A program made the translations under genes and the position numbers. From the NCBI GenBank assembly GCA_016190695.1, contig JACPQC010000015.1:13435-77434 (forward strand): 64,000 nt of DNA. The letters run 5' to 3'. The notes below the pieces were generated by a model. That model saw only the letters and a list, made by a program, of their open reading frames with translations. It was not told the origin of the DNA and did not search any database. Origin of the DNA: Chloroflexota bacterium. GTDB taxonomy: Bacteria > Chloroflexota > Dehalococcoidia > Dehalococcoidales > RBG-16-60-22. Below are positions 1-8,577 of this stretch, one piece after another. The first letter of the stretch is position 1. Each line of letters opens with the position of its first letter.

Positions 1-1085
1 TGGTAATGGTGGAGGGCATGGCCGAAGCCGGATTTTTCCGGTGGTTGTGTCTGCTTGTGGCCAGGATGGTAAATTACCGCGCCGTGCCTATCCTGGTCAC
101 CTTCATGCTGCTCTCCGGTTTCCTGTCCATGTTCATCGATAGCATAACGGTGCTGTTGTTCCTCACCACAGTGACCATCGAGCTTGCCCGTATGCTCAAG
201 TTCGATCCGGTGCCCGTGATAATCGCTGAAATCTTCGCCTCCAATACCGGCGGGGCCGCCACCATGAGCGGAGACCCTCCCAATATCATCATCGGCACCG
301 CGTTCGGCTTCACTTTTACCGATTTCGCCGTTAACACCGGGCCTATCGCCTGGGCCGGAATGCTGGTGACATTAGCCTTCTTCTACCTGGTCTTTCGCAA
401 AAAACTGGCTGCCAGCCAGGACAACTCCTCGGCCACCAACCAGTACCCCAGCCCTTCAGAGGCCATAACAAACCCCTGGTTATTCAAGACGAACGTGGCC
501 ATCTTCATTATTGTAGTGCTGCTGCTGGTGACCCACGCCGAAACAGGCATGTCTGTGGCGCTTATCGGAGTGATCGCTGCAGTCCTCACCTCCCTGGCTG
601 CAACCAGGCAGGCGTTCCATATCATCAGCCGGGCCGACTGGCGGACGTTGCTCTTTTTCATCGGGCTGTTCGTCACCGTGGGCGGCCTGGAAGAGACGGG
701 AGTGCTGAAGATGGTGGCCGAGTACATCGGGGAGGTCTCCGGAGGCGATATCAAGCTGGTGATACCGATAATTCTCTGGGTATCGGCCTTCTCCTCGGCC
801 ATCGTGGACAACATACCCTTTGCCGCCACCATGGTCCCGGTGATAAGCCAGCTTGCCCTCCTGCCCGGACTGGAACTGAGGACCCTGAGCTGGACGCTGG
901 CGCTGGGCACGGATATCGGCGGCAACGCCACCCCCATCGGGGCATCGGCCAACGTGGTGGGGACCGCCATCGCCGAGCGGGAGGGCTATGCCATCAGTTG
1001 GGGGCGCTTCATGAAATACGCCGTGCCGGCCATGTTCTTGACCGTCGGACTCAGTCACCTCCTGCTGATACTGAGGTACACCTAG
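1..1085 (+). CDS. ArsB/NhaD/SLC13-family ion transporter (5'-truncated by window edge)
   Basis: Highly hydrophobic ORF with the IT-superfamily motifs FIDSIT, SNTGGAATMSGDPPNIII, SAIVDNIPF and GGNATPIGASANVV. Confidence 0.85.
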   Translation, partial: VMVEGMAEAGFFRWLCLLVARMVNYRAVPILVTFMLLSGFLSMFIDSITVLLFLTTVTIELARMLKFDPVPVIIAEIFASNTGGAATMSGDPPNIIIGTAFGFTFTDFAVNTGPIAWAGMLVTLAFFYLVFRKKLAASQDNSSATNQYPSPSEAITNPWLFKTNVAIFIIVVLLLVTHAETGMSVALIGVIAAVLTSLAATRQAFHIISRADWRTLLFFIGLFVTVGGLEETGVLKMVAEYIGEVSGGDIKLVIPIILWVSAFSSAIVDNIPFAATMVPVISQLALLPGLELRTLSWTLALGTDIGGNATPIGASANVVGTAIAEREGYAISWGRFMKYAVPAMFLTVGLSHLLLILRYT

Positions 1086-1186
1086 TAATTCGTAGACCTG
1101 CCCGCCCCAATCACGCCTGCCCGAACCCTTTGCCTGAACACGATAAGATGTTATAATCGAAAAGAGAAGGTCTACGTGGCAGCAAG

Positions 1187-1882
1187 ATGGCTATTCAGGA
1201 AGACTTTTTAAAATCAACCCTTTACTTTTCGGGGCTCACTTCTGCCGAGCTCGAACCGGTCAAGGCGGTGGTCTTCGAAAAGACGGCAGATAGGGGTGAG
1301 ATGTTCCTCGTCGAGGGCGAAGCGGCAAAGGCAGTCTACTTCGTGGTCTCGGGCATGATCAAGGTCTTCAAGCTCTCTCCGGACGGAAAGGAGCAAATTC
1401 TTTCCCTGGTGCGGCCCCCCGAATCCTTCAATGACGTACCTGCTTTTGACGGCGGCCTGGCCCTGGCCAGCGTCGAAGCGATGACGGCCTCCCTGATCTA
1501 CGGCATAGAAAAGAGCAACCTTGAGCTTATCGTGCAGCAGAATAACAAGGTGGCTCTAAACCTGGTAAAAGTGCTGTGTCACCAGGTGCAGCACCTGATA
1601 GCGCTGGTCGAAGACCTCTCCTTCCGGCATGTCACCAACCGGGTAGCCAAGATACTGCTCGAATATGCTGAGGCAAGCGTCTCAAACCCCAGGCTTACCC
1701 AGCAGGAAATAGCAGCCCTTGCCGGCACCGCCCGTGAGATCGTGGGCCGGTCTTTGAAGTCCCTGGAAGAGGAAGGCAAGATAAAACTGGACCGCCACCG
1801 CATCGTGATAACCGATAGAAAGGCCCTCAGGGAGATGGCCGGCATGGCAACCGTTGAAACACAGGTGAGAAAAAGCCTATGA
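1187..1882 (+). CDS. Crp/Fnr-family transcriptional regulator
   Basis: cNMP-binding barrel (VYFVVSGMIKVFKLSPDGKEQIL) plus C-terminal HTH (LTQQEIAALAGTAREIVGRSL). Confidence 0.92.
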   Translation: MAIQEDFLKSTLYFSGLTSAELEPVKAVVFEKTADRGEMFLVEGEAAKAVYFVVSGMIKVFKLSPDGKEQILSLVRPPESFNDVPAFDGGLALASVEAMTASLIYGIEKSNLELIVQQNNKVALNLVKVLCHQVQHLIALVEDLSFRHVTNRVAKILLEYAEASVSNPRLTQQEIAALAGTAREIVGRSLKSLEEEGKIKLDRHRIVITDRKALREMAGMATVETQVRKSL

Positions 1883-2091
1883 TTGAAATGCCGTCGGTAG
1901 ACCTGAGCAAATGTAATGGTTGCGGGCTGTGCGTGATGGCCTGCCGCTGCGGGGCCATGCGCATCACCAATAACAGGGCCAGTGTTGTTGAGACCAGCCA
2001 GTGCGAGTGGTGTACCTACTGCGAAGCCGTTTGCCCTACCAGCGCCATAAATTGCGGCTACATCATTACCCTCCAGGACAGAGAAGTCTGA
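1879..2091 (+). CDS. 2x[4Fe-4S] ferredoxin
   Basis: CNGCGLCVMAC and CEWCTYCEAVCP motifs; ATGA overlap with the Crp/Fnr gene. Confidence 0.88.
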   Translation: MIEMPSVDLSKCNGCGLCVMACRCGAMRITNNRASVVETSQCEWCTYCEAVCPTSAINCGYIITLQDREV

Positions 2092-2319
2092 GCCGCCCCG
2101 GGGCAAGCTACCAAGCGCCGCCGGCCCGGTAAACTTCCTGCTGAAGCTGCACCCGGCTACTCGCCAACTGTACACCGCCTCTTTGGGAACGAACGGTCGC
2201 CCACGCCCCTGCCGAAGCCCGGACAATGATCCGCCAGATTCTCCCACAAAAGATTGGCGTTGGCCGGGCATTTGCTTTATAATCTGTCAGGGCGGCGAAG
2301 GCTTTGGTGGGGGCCACAA

Positions 2320-2501
2320 TTACTAATGGTCTCATAGTTGACTGGATTTCCCTGCTCGAGATAAAGGTAAAAAGGAGGCGCGCAAAACCTCTAATGTCAT
2401 TCCGGCGCAGGCCGGAATCCAGTCGGAACTCTTTCTGGATACCGACTTTCGTCGGTATGACGCTCCAGCTTTGGTTTGAACCATTATGAGACGATTAGTA
2501 A
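2320..2501. mobile_element. MITE-like element: 18-bp terminal inverted repeats enclosing an inverted REP pair
   Basis: TTACTAATGGTCTCATAG (2320-2337) and TTATGAGACGATTAGTAA (2484-2501) are inverted with 2 mismatches. Internal GTCATTCCGGCGCAGGCCGGAATCCAG (2396-2422) and CTGGATACCGACTTTCGTCGGTATGACG (2435-2462). Confidence 0.7.
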
Positions 2502-2535
2502 ATTGGTGGGATAATTTCCGGAAAGAAGGCGTTTC

Positions 2536-3510
2536 ATGAGGGCACTGATCACCGGCGGGGCCGGTTTTATCGGCAGTCACCTGGCGGAAAAGCTGCTCGG
2601 ACGGGGAGATGAGGTAATGATAATCGATGACCTCTCCACCGGCAGCTTCGACAATATCAAACACCTGACCGGCGACTTGCATTTCCATTTCGCCATCGAG
2701 ACCATCCTGAACGAGGCAGTCATGGACCGCCTGGTGAGCGAGTGTGACTGCATCTACCACCTGGCCGCAGCGGTTGGGGTGGAACTGGTGATCCGTGACC
2801 CGGTCCATACCATCGAGGCCAATGTCCTGGGTACGGACGTTGTGCTGAAAACGGCCAACCGGTACCGGAAAAAGGTAATCTTGACCTCAACCTCGGAGAT
2901 TTACGGAAAAGGGGTCAACCCGTGTTTCGGGGAAAACGACGACCGCCTGCTGGGCCCGGTCACGCGCAGCCGGTGGAGCTATGCCTGCTCCAAGACGCTG
3001 GACGAGTTCCTGGCACTGGCGTACTTCCGGCAGAAGAAGCTGCCCGTCGTTATCTGCCGCCTGTTCAATACCATCGGCCCGCGCCAGACCGGCCACTATG
3101 GCATGGTCGCCCCCAGGTTCGTCCGCCAGGCGCTGGCCGGGGAGCCGGTCACGGTCTACGGGGATGGGCAGCAGTCCCGCTGCTTTTGCAACGTGCTGGA
3201 CGTGGTGGAAGCGCTGTCACTTCTCTGCGGCAGCGACCAGTGCGAGGGAGAAGTGTTCAACGTGGGCAATGACCATGATATAACCATATCTGACCTGGCC
3301 CGGAAGGTGATCGCCATGACCGGCAGCCGCTCGAAGATAGTCTACATCCCCTATGAGCAGGCCTATGAAGAGGGCTTCGAGGACATGCAGAGGAGAAAGC
3401 CGGATACTGCCAAGATCCGCCGCATGCTTGGCTGGCGCCCGGAGTACTCGCTGGATGAGACATTGCAGAGCATGATCGATTATGAGAAGAGGTTGATGGC
3501 GAGGGGTTAA
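2536..3510 (+). CDS. NAD-dependent nucleotide-sugar epimerase/dehydratase (extended SDR)
   Basis: ITGGAGFIGSHL, TSTSEIYGK and YACSK (YxxxK) motifs. Confidence 0.93.
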   Translation: MRALITGGAGFIGSHLAEKLLGRGDEVMIIDDLSTGSFDNIKHLTGDLHFHFAIETILNEAVMDRLVSECDCIYHLAAAVGVELVIRDPVHTIEANVLGTDVVLKTANRYRKKVILTSTSEIYGKGVNPCFGENDDRLLGPVTRSRWSYACSKTLDEFLALAYFRQKKLPVVICRLFNTIGPRQTGHYGMVAPRFVRQALAGEPVTVYGDGQQSRCFCNVLDVVEALSLLCGSDQCEGEVFNVGNDHDITISDLARKVIAMTGSRSKIVYIPYEQAYEEGFEDMQRRKPDTAKIRRMLGWRPEYSLDETLQSMIDYEKRLMARG

Positions 3511-3511
3511 T

Positions 3512-4522
3512 TTGGGAAATATCGGCAGCATCCGCTTCTCAGTAATAATACCCACGCTGAACCGCAGGGACATGCTGCGCCAGGCGATCGAGGCGCTCTG
3601 CCGTCAGGAAGACCCGGGCTGCGCTTACGAGGTCATCGCCGTGGACAACGGGTCTAAGGACGACACGCGCCAGATGGTCGAAGCCCTGGCGAAGGATAGC
3701 GCCGTGCCGGTACGCTGTCTGTTTGAGCCGCGCGGCGGCAGCCATTACGCCCGGAACACCGGCTTCAAAGCGGGCCGGGGTGATGTCCTGGGTCTCATTG
3801 ACGATGACGTCATTGTTGACAGCCGCTGGGTGAGGAACATGGTCCGGGTCTATGACAACCCGGTGGTGAGCTGCGCCGGCGGCCCGCTTGAGCTGCGCTG
3901 GATAAACGGCTCGCCGCCGGACTGGATCGGGCCGTTCAAAGGGGTGATCGGCGAGATAAACTATGGGGAACAACTGCTTGAGTTGCACTATCCCCGCACC
4001 GTCAACGCCGGGAACTTCTCCATTCGCAAGGACATGCTGCTGAGGGTGGGCGGGTACAACCCGTGCAACGCCCCCGGCGATAAGCTCATCGGCGATGGCG
4101 AATGCGGCTTGTGCTGGAAGGTCTACCAGGCGGGAGGGCATATCTTCTGGGTGCCCGACGCCAGAGGGTGGCACGTGCAGGACGCCAGCCGGGTCACTTT
4201 CCCTTACATAAGGCGCCGCGCCCGCTTCCAGGGCATGACCGACGCCTATACGCTCTACCGCCGTAACGGTGGCGCTTCTTCAAAAGTGCTGAAAGACGCC
4301 ATCGCCGCCTCAGCGCGAAGGGCGCTCAACGCCACCCTCCTGGCGCGGCATATTGTGCTCAAGCATGTGCTGCTGAGGCGTCCCGGCTCGCCGCGGGAGG
4401 ACCTGTACCGGGCCGTCTGCGACATGGAGAACGTGCGCGGTCTGTGGTCTTACCTCGCCAGCATCAGGTCTGACCCCAAATTGCGGGAACTGGTCCGCCG
4501 CAGTGACTGGCTGAACGTATGA
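3512..4522 (+). CDS. Glycosyltransferase family 2
   Basis: FSVIIPTLNR, VDNGSKD, ARNTG and IDDD (DxD) motifs. Confidence 0.9.
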   Translation: MGNIGSIRFSVIIPTLNRRDMLRQAIEALCRQEDPGCAYEVIAVDNGSKDDTRQMVEALAKDSAVPVRCLFEPRGGSHYARNTGFKAGRGDVLGLIDDDVIVDSRWVRNMVRVYDNPVVSCAGGPLELRWINGSPPDWIGPFKGVIGEINYGEQLLELHYPRTVNAGNFSIRKDMLLRVGGYNPCNAPGDKLIGDGECGLCWKVYQAGGHIFWVPDARGWHVQDASRVTFPYIRRRARFQGMTDAYTLYRRNGGASSKVLKDAIAASARRALNATLLARHIVLKHVLLRRPGSPREDLYRAVCDMENVRGLWSYLASIRSDPKLRELVRRSDWLNV

Positions 4523-4547
4523 CGGGAGGCTGGCTTTGGCTAACCCC

Positions 4548-5546
4548 TCACATCACTCGCTTGAGGCGTGGGTTGGGGGTGATGCCCGGTATCCGGCCCC
4601 GCTTGGCCACGGGGCGGCCTTCCACCTGGTGCAAGTCGGCGGTGAAGTCTATGGGGGCGGCGCTGGTGATGTAGCTGCCCACGCCGAAGCCGTCCACCGG
4701 GGCGCCTGCCTCGACGAACCGGGCGATGCGCTCCGGACCGATGCCGCCGCTGACGAAAATCCTGACATGCTTGAACCCGGCCAGGTCCAGCCTGGCGCGG
4801 CATTCTTTGACCAGCTCAGGGGTCACCCGGCCCCTTTCGCCGGGGGTATCCAGACGGACGGCGTGCAGCCTTTCCCCCAGCGCCCCAGCCACACGCAGGC
4901 TCTCCTCGCACTCGTCCTTGAAGGTGTCCACCAGCGAGACGCGGGGCGCTTCCGGCGGCGTGTGGCGGTCGAAGGCCTCGGTGGCGGTGACGGTGTCTCC
5001 CATGACGATTATCAGGGCGTGGGGCATGGTGCCGGAAGGCTCCAGGCCGGCCAGCCTGGCCCCGGCGATGCTGGAGCATCCGGCACAGCCGCCGACCACC
5101 GCCGAGTAGTCCATAACTCCGGCCACCGCAGGATGGACGTGGCGGGCGCCAAAGCTGACCACCGGTATCCCGCAGGCGGCCTCAACACACTCCCTGGCGG
5201 CGGTGGCCCAGCCGCTGCACTGCGCCAGCATGCCCAGGTAGGCCGTCTCGTACAGCCCGTAGCTCTGGTAAGGTGCGGTTATGCGCAGCACCACCTCTTT
5301 GGCGGCCATAGAGTCGCCCTCTTGCAGCGCCCAGACCTCGCGCTGCGATTCAGGCAGCACGCGGGACAGCAACGCCCTGGCCTCCTCTATGCCGCAGAGC
5401 ACCCCGGCGCGGCTGGCGAACACCTCCATGGTGGCCACCGGGTTGATGCCTTCCCGCTGCAGTATCTCAACGGTGTGGGCGAAGTAGATATCCGCCGTAT
5501 CACCGGAGAGGACGTCCCGGCCCGGCTCGAACTGGGGCTGTGTCAT
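4548..5546 (-). CDS. pncB: Nicotinate phosphoribosyltransferase
   Basis: TADIYF, SFGARHVHP, GTMPHAL, VRLDTP, FVSGG and FGVGS motifs; coupled to pncA. Confidence 0.9.
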   Translation of the reverse strand: MTQPQFEPGRDVLSGDTADIYFAHTVEILQREGINPVATMEVFASRAGVLCGIEEARALLSRVLPESQREVWALQEGDSMAAKEVVLRITAPYQSYGLYETAYLGMLAQCSGWATAARECVEAACGIPVVSFGARHVHPAVAGVMDYSAVVGGCAGCSSIAGARLAGLEPSGTMPHALIIVMGDTVTATEAFDRHTPPEAPRVSLVDTFKDECEESLRVAGALGERLHAVRLDTPGERGRVTPELVKECRARLDLAGFKHVRIFVSGGIGPERIARFVEAGAPVDGFGVGSYITSAAPIDFTADLHQVEGRPVAKRGRIPGITPNPRLKRVM

Positions 5547-6085
5547 CTGGCCACCTCGCCAACGCTGGTCAACTCCACCCCCAGCACTTTCTCGATGTGT
5601 TCCAGGGCGAACTGGTGGTCCCGCTCGTTTGACGAGGCCACGCAGTCGACCGGCACTGCCACCTGGTAGTCACGGTTCCTGGCGTCGGCCACGGTGTGCA
5701 GGACGCAGATATTGGTCAGCACCCCGCACACTATCAATCTCTCCGGCTCAAGCTCCTTCAGCCTTGCCTCAAGCCGTGTGCCGAAAAAGCCGCTGTAGCG
5801 TTTCTTGGGCAGTATCTCGCCGGGGTATCCGGCAAGCTCCGGTATTACCTCGGCCTCAGCGGTGCCGGCAATACAGTGCGGCGGGAACATCCTGAACTCA
5901 AGGTCGTCAGGGTCATGGTTGTCACAGATGAAGAAAACTTTTGCCCCCTGCTCCAGTTTCCGCTCCAGGAGACGCTGCACGTTGGGGATGATGCGCCGGG
6001 CGTCAGCGCCGATGTAGAGGGGATGGCCCTCCTCCAGAAAGCCCCTGAGCATGTCAATTACCAGGACTACATCAGTGACAGGCAT
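5543..6085 (-). CDS. pncA: Nicotinamidase (isochorismatase-family cysteine hydrolase)
   Basis: VIDMLRGF, CDNH, PPHC, KKRYSGF and GVLTNICV motifs; adjacent to pncB. Confidence 0.85.
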   Translation of the reverse strand: MPVTDVVLVIDMLRGFLEEGHPLYIGADARRIIPNVQRLLERKLEQGAKVFFICDNHDPDDLEFRMFPPHCIAGTAEAEVIPELAGYPGEILPKKRYSGFFGTRLEARLKELEPERLIVCGVLTNICVLHTVADARNRDYQVAVPVDCVASSNERDHQFALEHIEKVLGVELTSVGEVAR

Positions 6086-6103
6086 GAGTAACTACTCCTC
6101 ATC

Positions 6104-6249
6104 TAACAGGTTGATGAAAAATAGGGAAAGATGTGTCGTCTCCCTTTAAGAAAGGGAGACCGAGAGGGATTTTGAGAGTAGAAAATCCCCCTTCCGTCCC
6201 CCTTTTTCAAAGGGGGAAACTCAACCGAGACTTTTTCATCACACTGCTA
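6104..6249. mobile_element. MITE-like palindromic element, family A copy 1
   Basis: Ends TAACAGGTTGATGAAAA and TTTTCATCACACTGCTA are inverted. Internal hairpins TCTCCCTTT..AAAGGGAGA, GGGATTTT..AAAATCCC and CCCCCTTT..AAAGGGGG. Homologous to copies at 7446 and 17762. Confidence 0.8.
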
Positions 6250-6259
6250 CCCCCCTCTC

Positions 6260-7408
6260 CTATTTCTCTAACAAGAAAAGGTGTTCAGATACGTGAATAC
6301 TGCGGCCCCTCAGGTTCCTGCTGCCTCTGAATGTATTATATCTTGTTTCAAAAAATTCCACTTTCCCGTGTCTCTTTAACATCGTGACCATCTCGTCTTT
6401 GCCAATAAAACCCTCGGAGTTGAAGGAAACCAGGATATATTTCGCTTTCGTCTTTTCTATCAGCTCGGTAAAAGAGTTCAGGGCTTTACTCTTCTTGTTA
6501 TAGTCTGAACGCTGCCAACCGGTGGGTATTCCCGAAACCTTGCTTATATGCCCCGGCTCTTTATATTCTACTAACAGGTTGAGCATGAAATAGTTCGAGC
6601 CATAAGGATGTTGATTATAAGGCGGGTCGAAATAGGCCAGGTCTACCTCTTCAAGTCCTCCGACAAGAGTATTAATGTCCTCCCTGAATACCTGGCTGGC
6701 ACATTCGAAGTTGCTCAACACCGGAAACTGGAGTGATATATCGGCTTTAATTCGCTGTAGCGCGTCGCAGTTATTGCCGCCGAATTGACCAATATCCGTA
6801 ATTGAGTTCTTGTAGAATCCTTTGAATACTCCCGAAGTATTGGCATGTATTGAGGCTTCAGACAAAAGCGGGGCCAGGAATAAATGCAAATAATCCTGAT
6901 TGATACCTTTCAACAGGCCGCGGGCGGTATCCAGGTACATGGCGTTTCTGCGGGTATAGAAAACTCTTTCACCTGGCTCGATGTTGCCATCTTGCTCAGG
7001 AGCATATAGCCTCGTAATAAAACCTTCGAGGAGTTGTTCCTCAGTTAGCTTGCTCTTCAAGTATGCGTATGTTTCCCTCAGATCGGGCAAAGGCAAGTCA
7101 CTCTTGTTGCTTTGATAGCACCTGCTTATTATTTCCGCGTACTGTTCAATATCGTTGCAGATAACCAATTCTGAATGTTGGCGAGCGTAGCGGGAAACGA
7201 TGCCACACCCGGAAAAACCGTCAAGAAAAGTTATCCTGTCCTTATGAAGCCGTTTCTTCACTACGTCTACGGCCTGGCCGATAAACCGTAGCAAGGCCCT
7301 CTTGTTACCGATGTATGTGACCAACTGCTGAGTCAGGTATTCGCCATTTTCAATGGGACTGGAGCCTTCAGCATTGAAGTCGAACAATTCCATTGGTGCA
7401 AGAGTCAC
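6260..7408 (-). CDS. Orphan DNA amino-methyltransferase (D12/Dam-like class)
   Basis: TYIGNK, LDGFSGCGIVS (SAM binding) and YFDPPY (catalytic) motifs; visibly more AT-rich than flanking genes. Confidence 0.9.
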   Translation of the reverse strand: MTLAPMELFDFNAEGSSPIENGEYLTQQLVTYIGNKRALLRFIGQAVDVVKKRLHKDRITFLDGFSGCGIVSRYARQHSELVICNDIEQYAEIISRCYQSNKSDLPLPDLRETYAYLKSKLTEEQLLEGFITRLYAPEQDGNIEPGERVFYTRRNAMYLDTARGLLKGINQDYLHLFLAPLLSEASIHANTSGVFKGFYKNSITDIGQFGGNNCDALQRIKADISLQFPVLSNFECASQVFREDINTLVGGLEEVDLAYFDPPYNQHPYGSNYFMLNLLVEYKEPGHISKVSGIPTGWQRSDYNKKSKALNSFTELIEKTKAKYILVSFNSEGFIGKDEMVTMLKRHGKVEFFETRYNTFRGSRNLRGRSIHVSEHLFLLEK

Positions 7409-7445
7409 TAACTACCCCCCGCCTCAAATGGCCTGTGTTCCTTCC

Positions 7446-7600
7446 TAACAGGTGATGAAAGATTGTGAAAGATGTTTCGTCTCCCTTTCGTAAGGCATGT
7501 CCTGAGCGAAGCGAACGGAAGCCTGCGCCATACTCGATACGGGGGAGATAAGAGAGGGATTTTGAGATTGTGAAATCCCCCTTTGTCCCCCTCCCCTTTT
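7446..7600. mobile_element. Family A element copy 2, with internal insertions and no recognisable right end
   Basis: TAACAGGTGATGAAAGATTGTGAAAGATGTTTCGTCTCCCTTTCGTAA closely matches the 17762 copy. About 48 bp of extra sequence (CCTGAGCGAAGCGAACGG; GCCTGCGCCATACTCGATACGG) interrupts the first hairpin. Confidence 0.7.
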
Positions 7601-7606
7601 CTCCCA

Positions 7607-8155
7607 CGTCATTGCGAGCGTAGCGAAGCAATCCGTTTCCGTCGAAGTGCGTCTCAAAGTTCGTCATACAGGTCTTGCCATCGAGGGTTCAGCGATTCGA
7701 CGAGCCGATTCTTTCTCGCCCTAGAGCCACCTTTTAAGCGCTTCTCCCTGGTTATGGCGTTCTCCGGGTCATCTAATATTTCGTAATATACCAGTTTGTC
7801 TATGCCATACTTCTCGGGGAATCCTTTAGCTAACTTTTCTTTATGCTCGTAAACCCTTCTTTTCAGGTCATTGGTTACGCCAATGTACAGAGCCACGTTT
7901 GTCTTATTTGCCAGGATATAAACATAATTTTGATTATCAGACATCGCATCTCGAAGTCATTGCGAGCGCAACGAAGCAATCCGTGAAATAGCCGGTAATA
8001 ACGGATTGCTTCGTCGCTGCGCTCCTCGCAATGACGGGGTAAATACGCATTCTAATTATATGTAATAAAATATGTTCGCATTATGCTCATGATTTGACTG
8101 TTGATTTTCTTTTTCTCCAATGGTCATTGCGAGCGTAGCGAAGCAATCCGTTTCC
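7607..8155. repeat. Four GTCATTGCGAG-type REP-like palindromes around the GIY-YIG gene
   Basis: GTCATTGCGAGCG(T/C)A(G/A)CGAAGCAATCCGT at about 7608, 7956 and 8123; inverted copy ACGGATTGCTTCG..CTCGCAATGACG at 8001-8036. Confidence 0.9.
7654..7944 (-). CDS. Small stand-alone GIY-YIG nuclease
   Basis: YVYILAN..LYIGVTNDLKRRVYEH..LVYYE..AITREKRLK..NPRWQDL; 96 aa. Confidence 0.93.
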   Translation of the reverse strand: MSDNQNYVYILANKTNVALYIGVTNDLKRRVYEHKEKLAKGFPEKYGIDKLVYYEILDDPENAITREKRLKGGSRARKNRLVESLNPRWQDLYDEL

Positions 8156-8183
8156 ATTTAGAGAGACGAAGCCTCTCTTAGAC

Positions 8184-8564
8184 TCACCTTCTCTTTTCCG
8201 CTTTAAGTAGCGTCTTTAATCCTCTTTCTATCACCTCATGCAACAGCTCAATTCGTCGCTGAATCGTGACTTTTCGGCCATCTCCATTCAGTTTAACTAA
8301 CTCACTAAACCGCTCAATATCTTTAGGTAAAAACACAGGATTATGCAATAGTTCTTCGTGGCACTCGAAACACAACCGTTCGGTGTCCTCCTTCTTTACC
8401 CCCACCCACGGGCAGGTTTTAAAAATGCGCCTCCGCCAAGGCTTTTTCTCAAAGAAGCGCTGAGCAACCAAATGATGTGTACTCACGTCCGAATTGGCAC
8501 GCGGAGTACCCTTGGTGTACGTCCTATGAGTAAGTTTGCAACCGCAAATTCTGCATTTCTCCAT
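8184..8564 (-). CDS. Putative zinc-binding HNH endonuclease
   Basis: CRIC..STHHLV..LCFECHEELLH pattern (CxxC..HH..CxxCH); AT-rich; starts 13 nt after the ispG stop. Confidence 0.6.
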   Translation of the reverse strand: MEKCRICGCKLTHRTYTKGTPRANSDVSTHHLVAQRFFEKKPWRRRIFKTCPWVGVKKEDTERLCFECHEELLHNPVFLPKDIERFSELVKLNGDGRKVTIQRRIELLHEVIERGLKTLLKAEKRR

Positions 8565-8577
8565 TGGAGTCTCACTT

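Noticed and set aside
2097..2222. Possible 6S-like rod-shaped RNA on the minus strand
   Set aside because: The ends can pair, but the stems are short, the bubble is very asymmetric and the length is short; such pairing is expected by chance at this GC content. A covariance-model search would be needed.
7607..8155. CRISPR array
   Set aside because: Repeats are irregularly spaced, one is inverted, a gene lies between them, and there are no cas genes.
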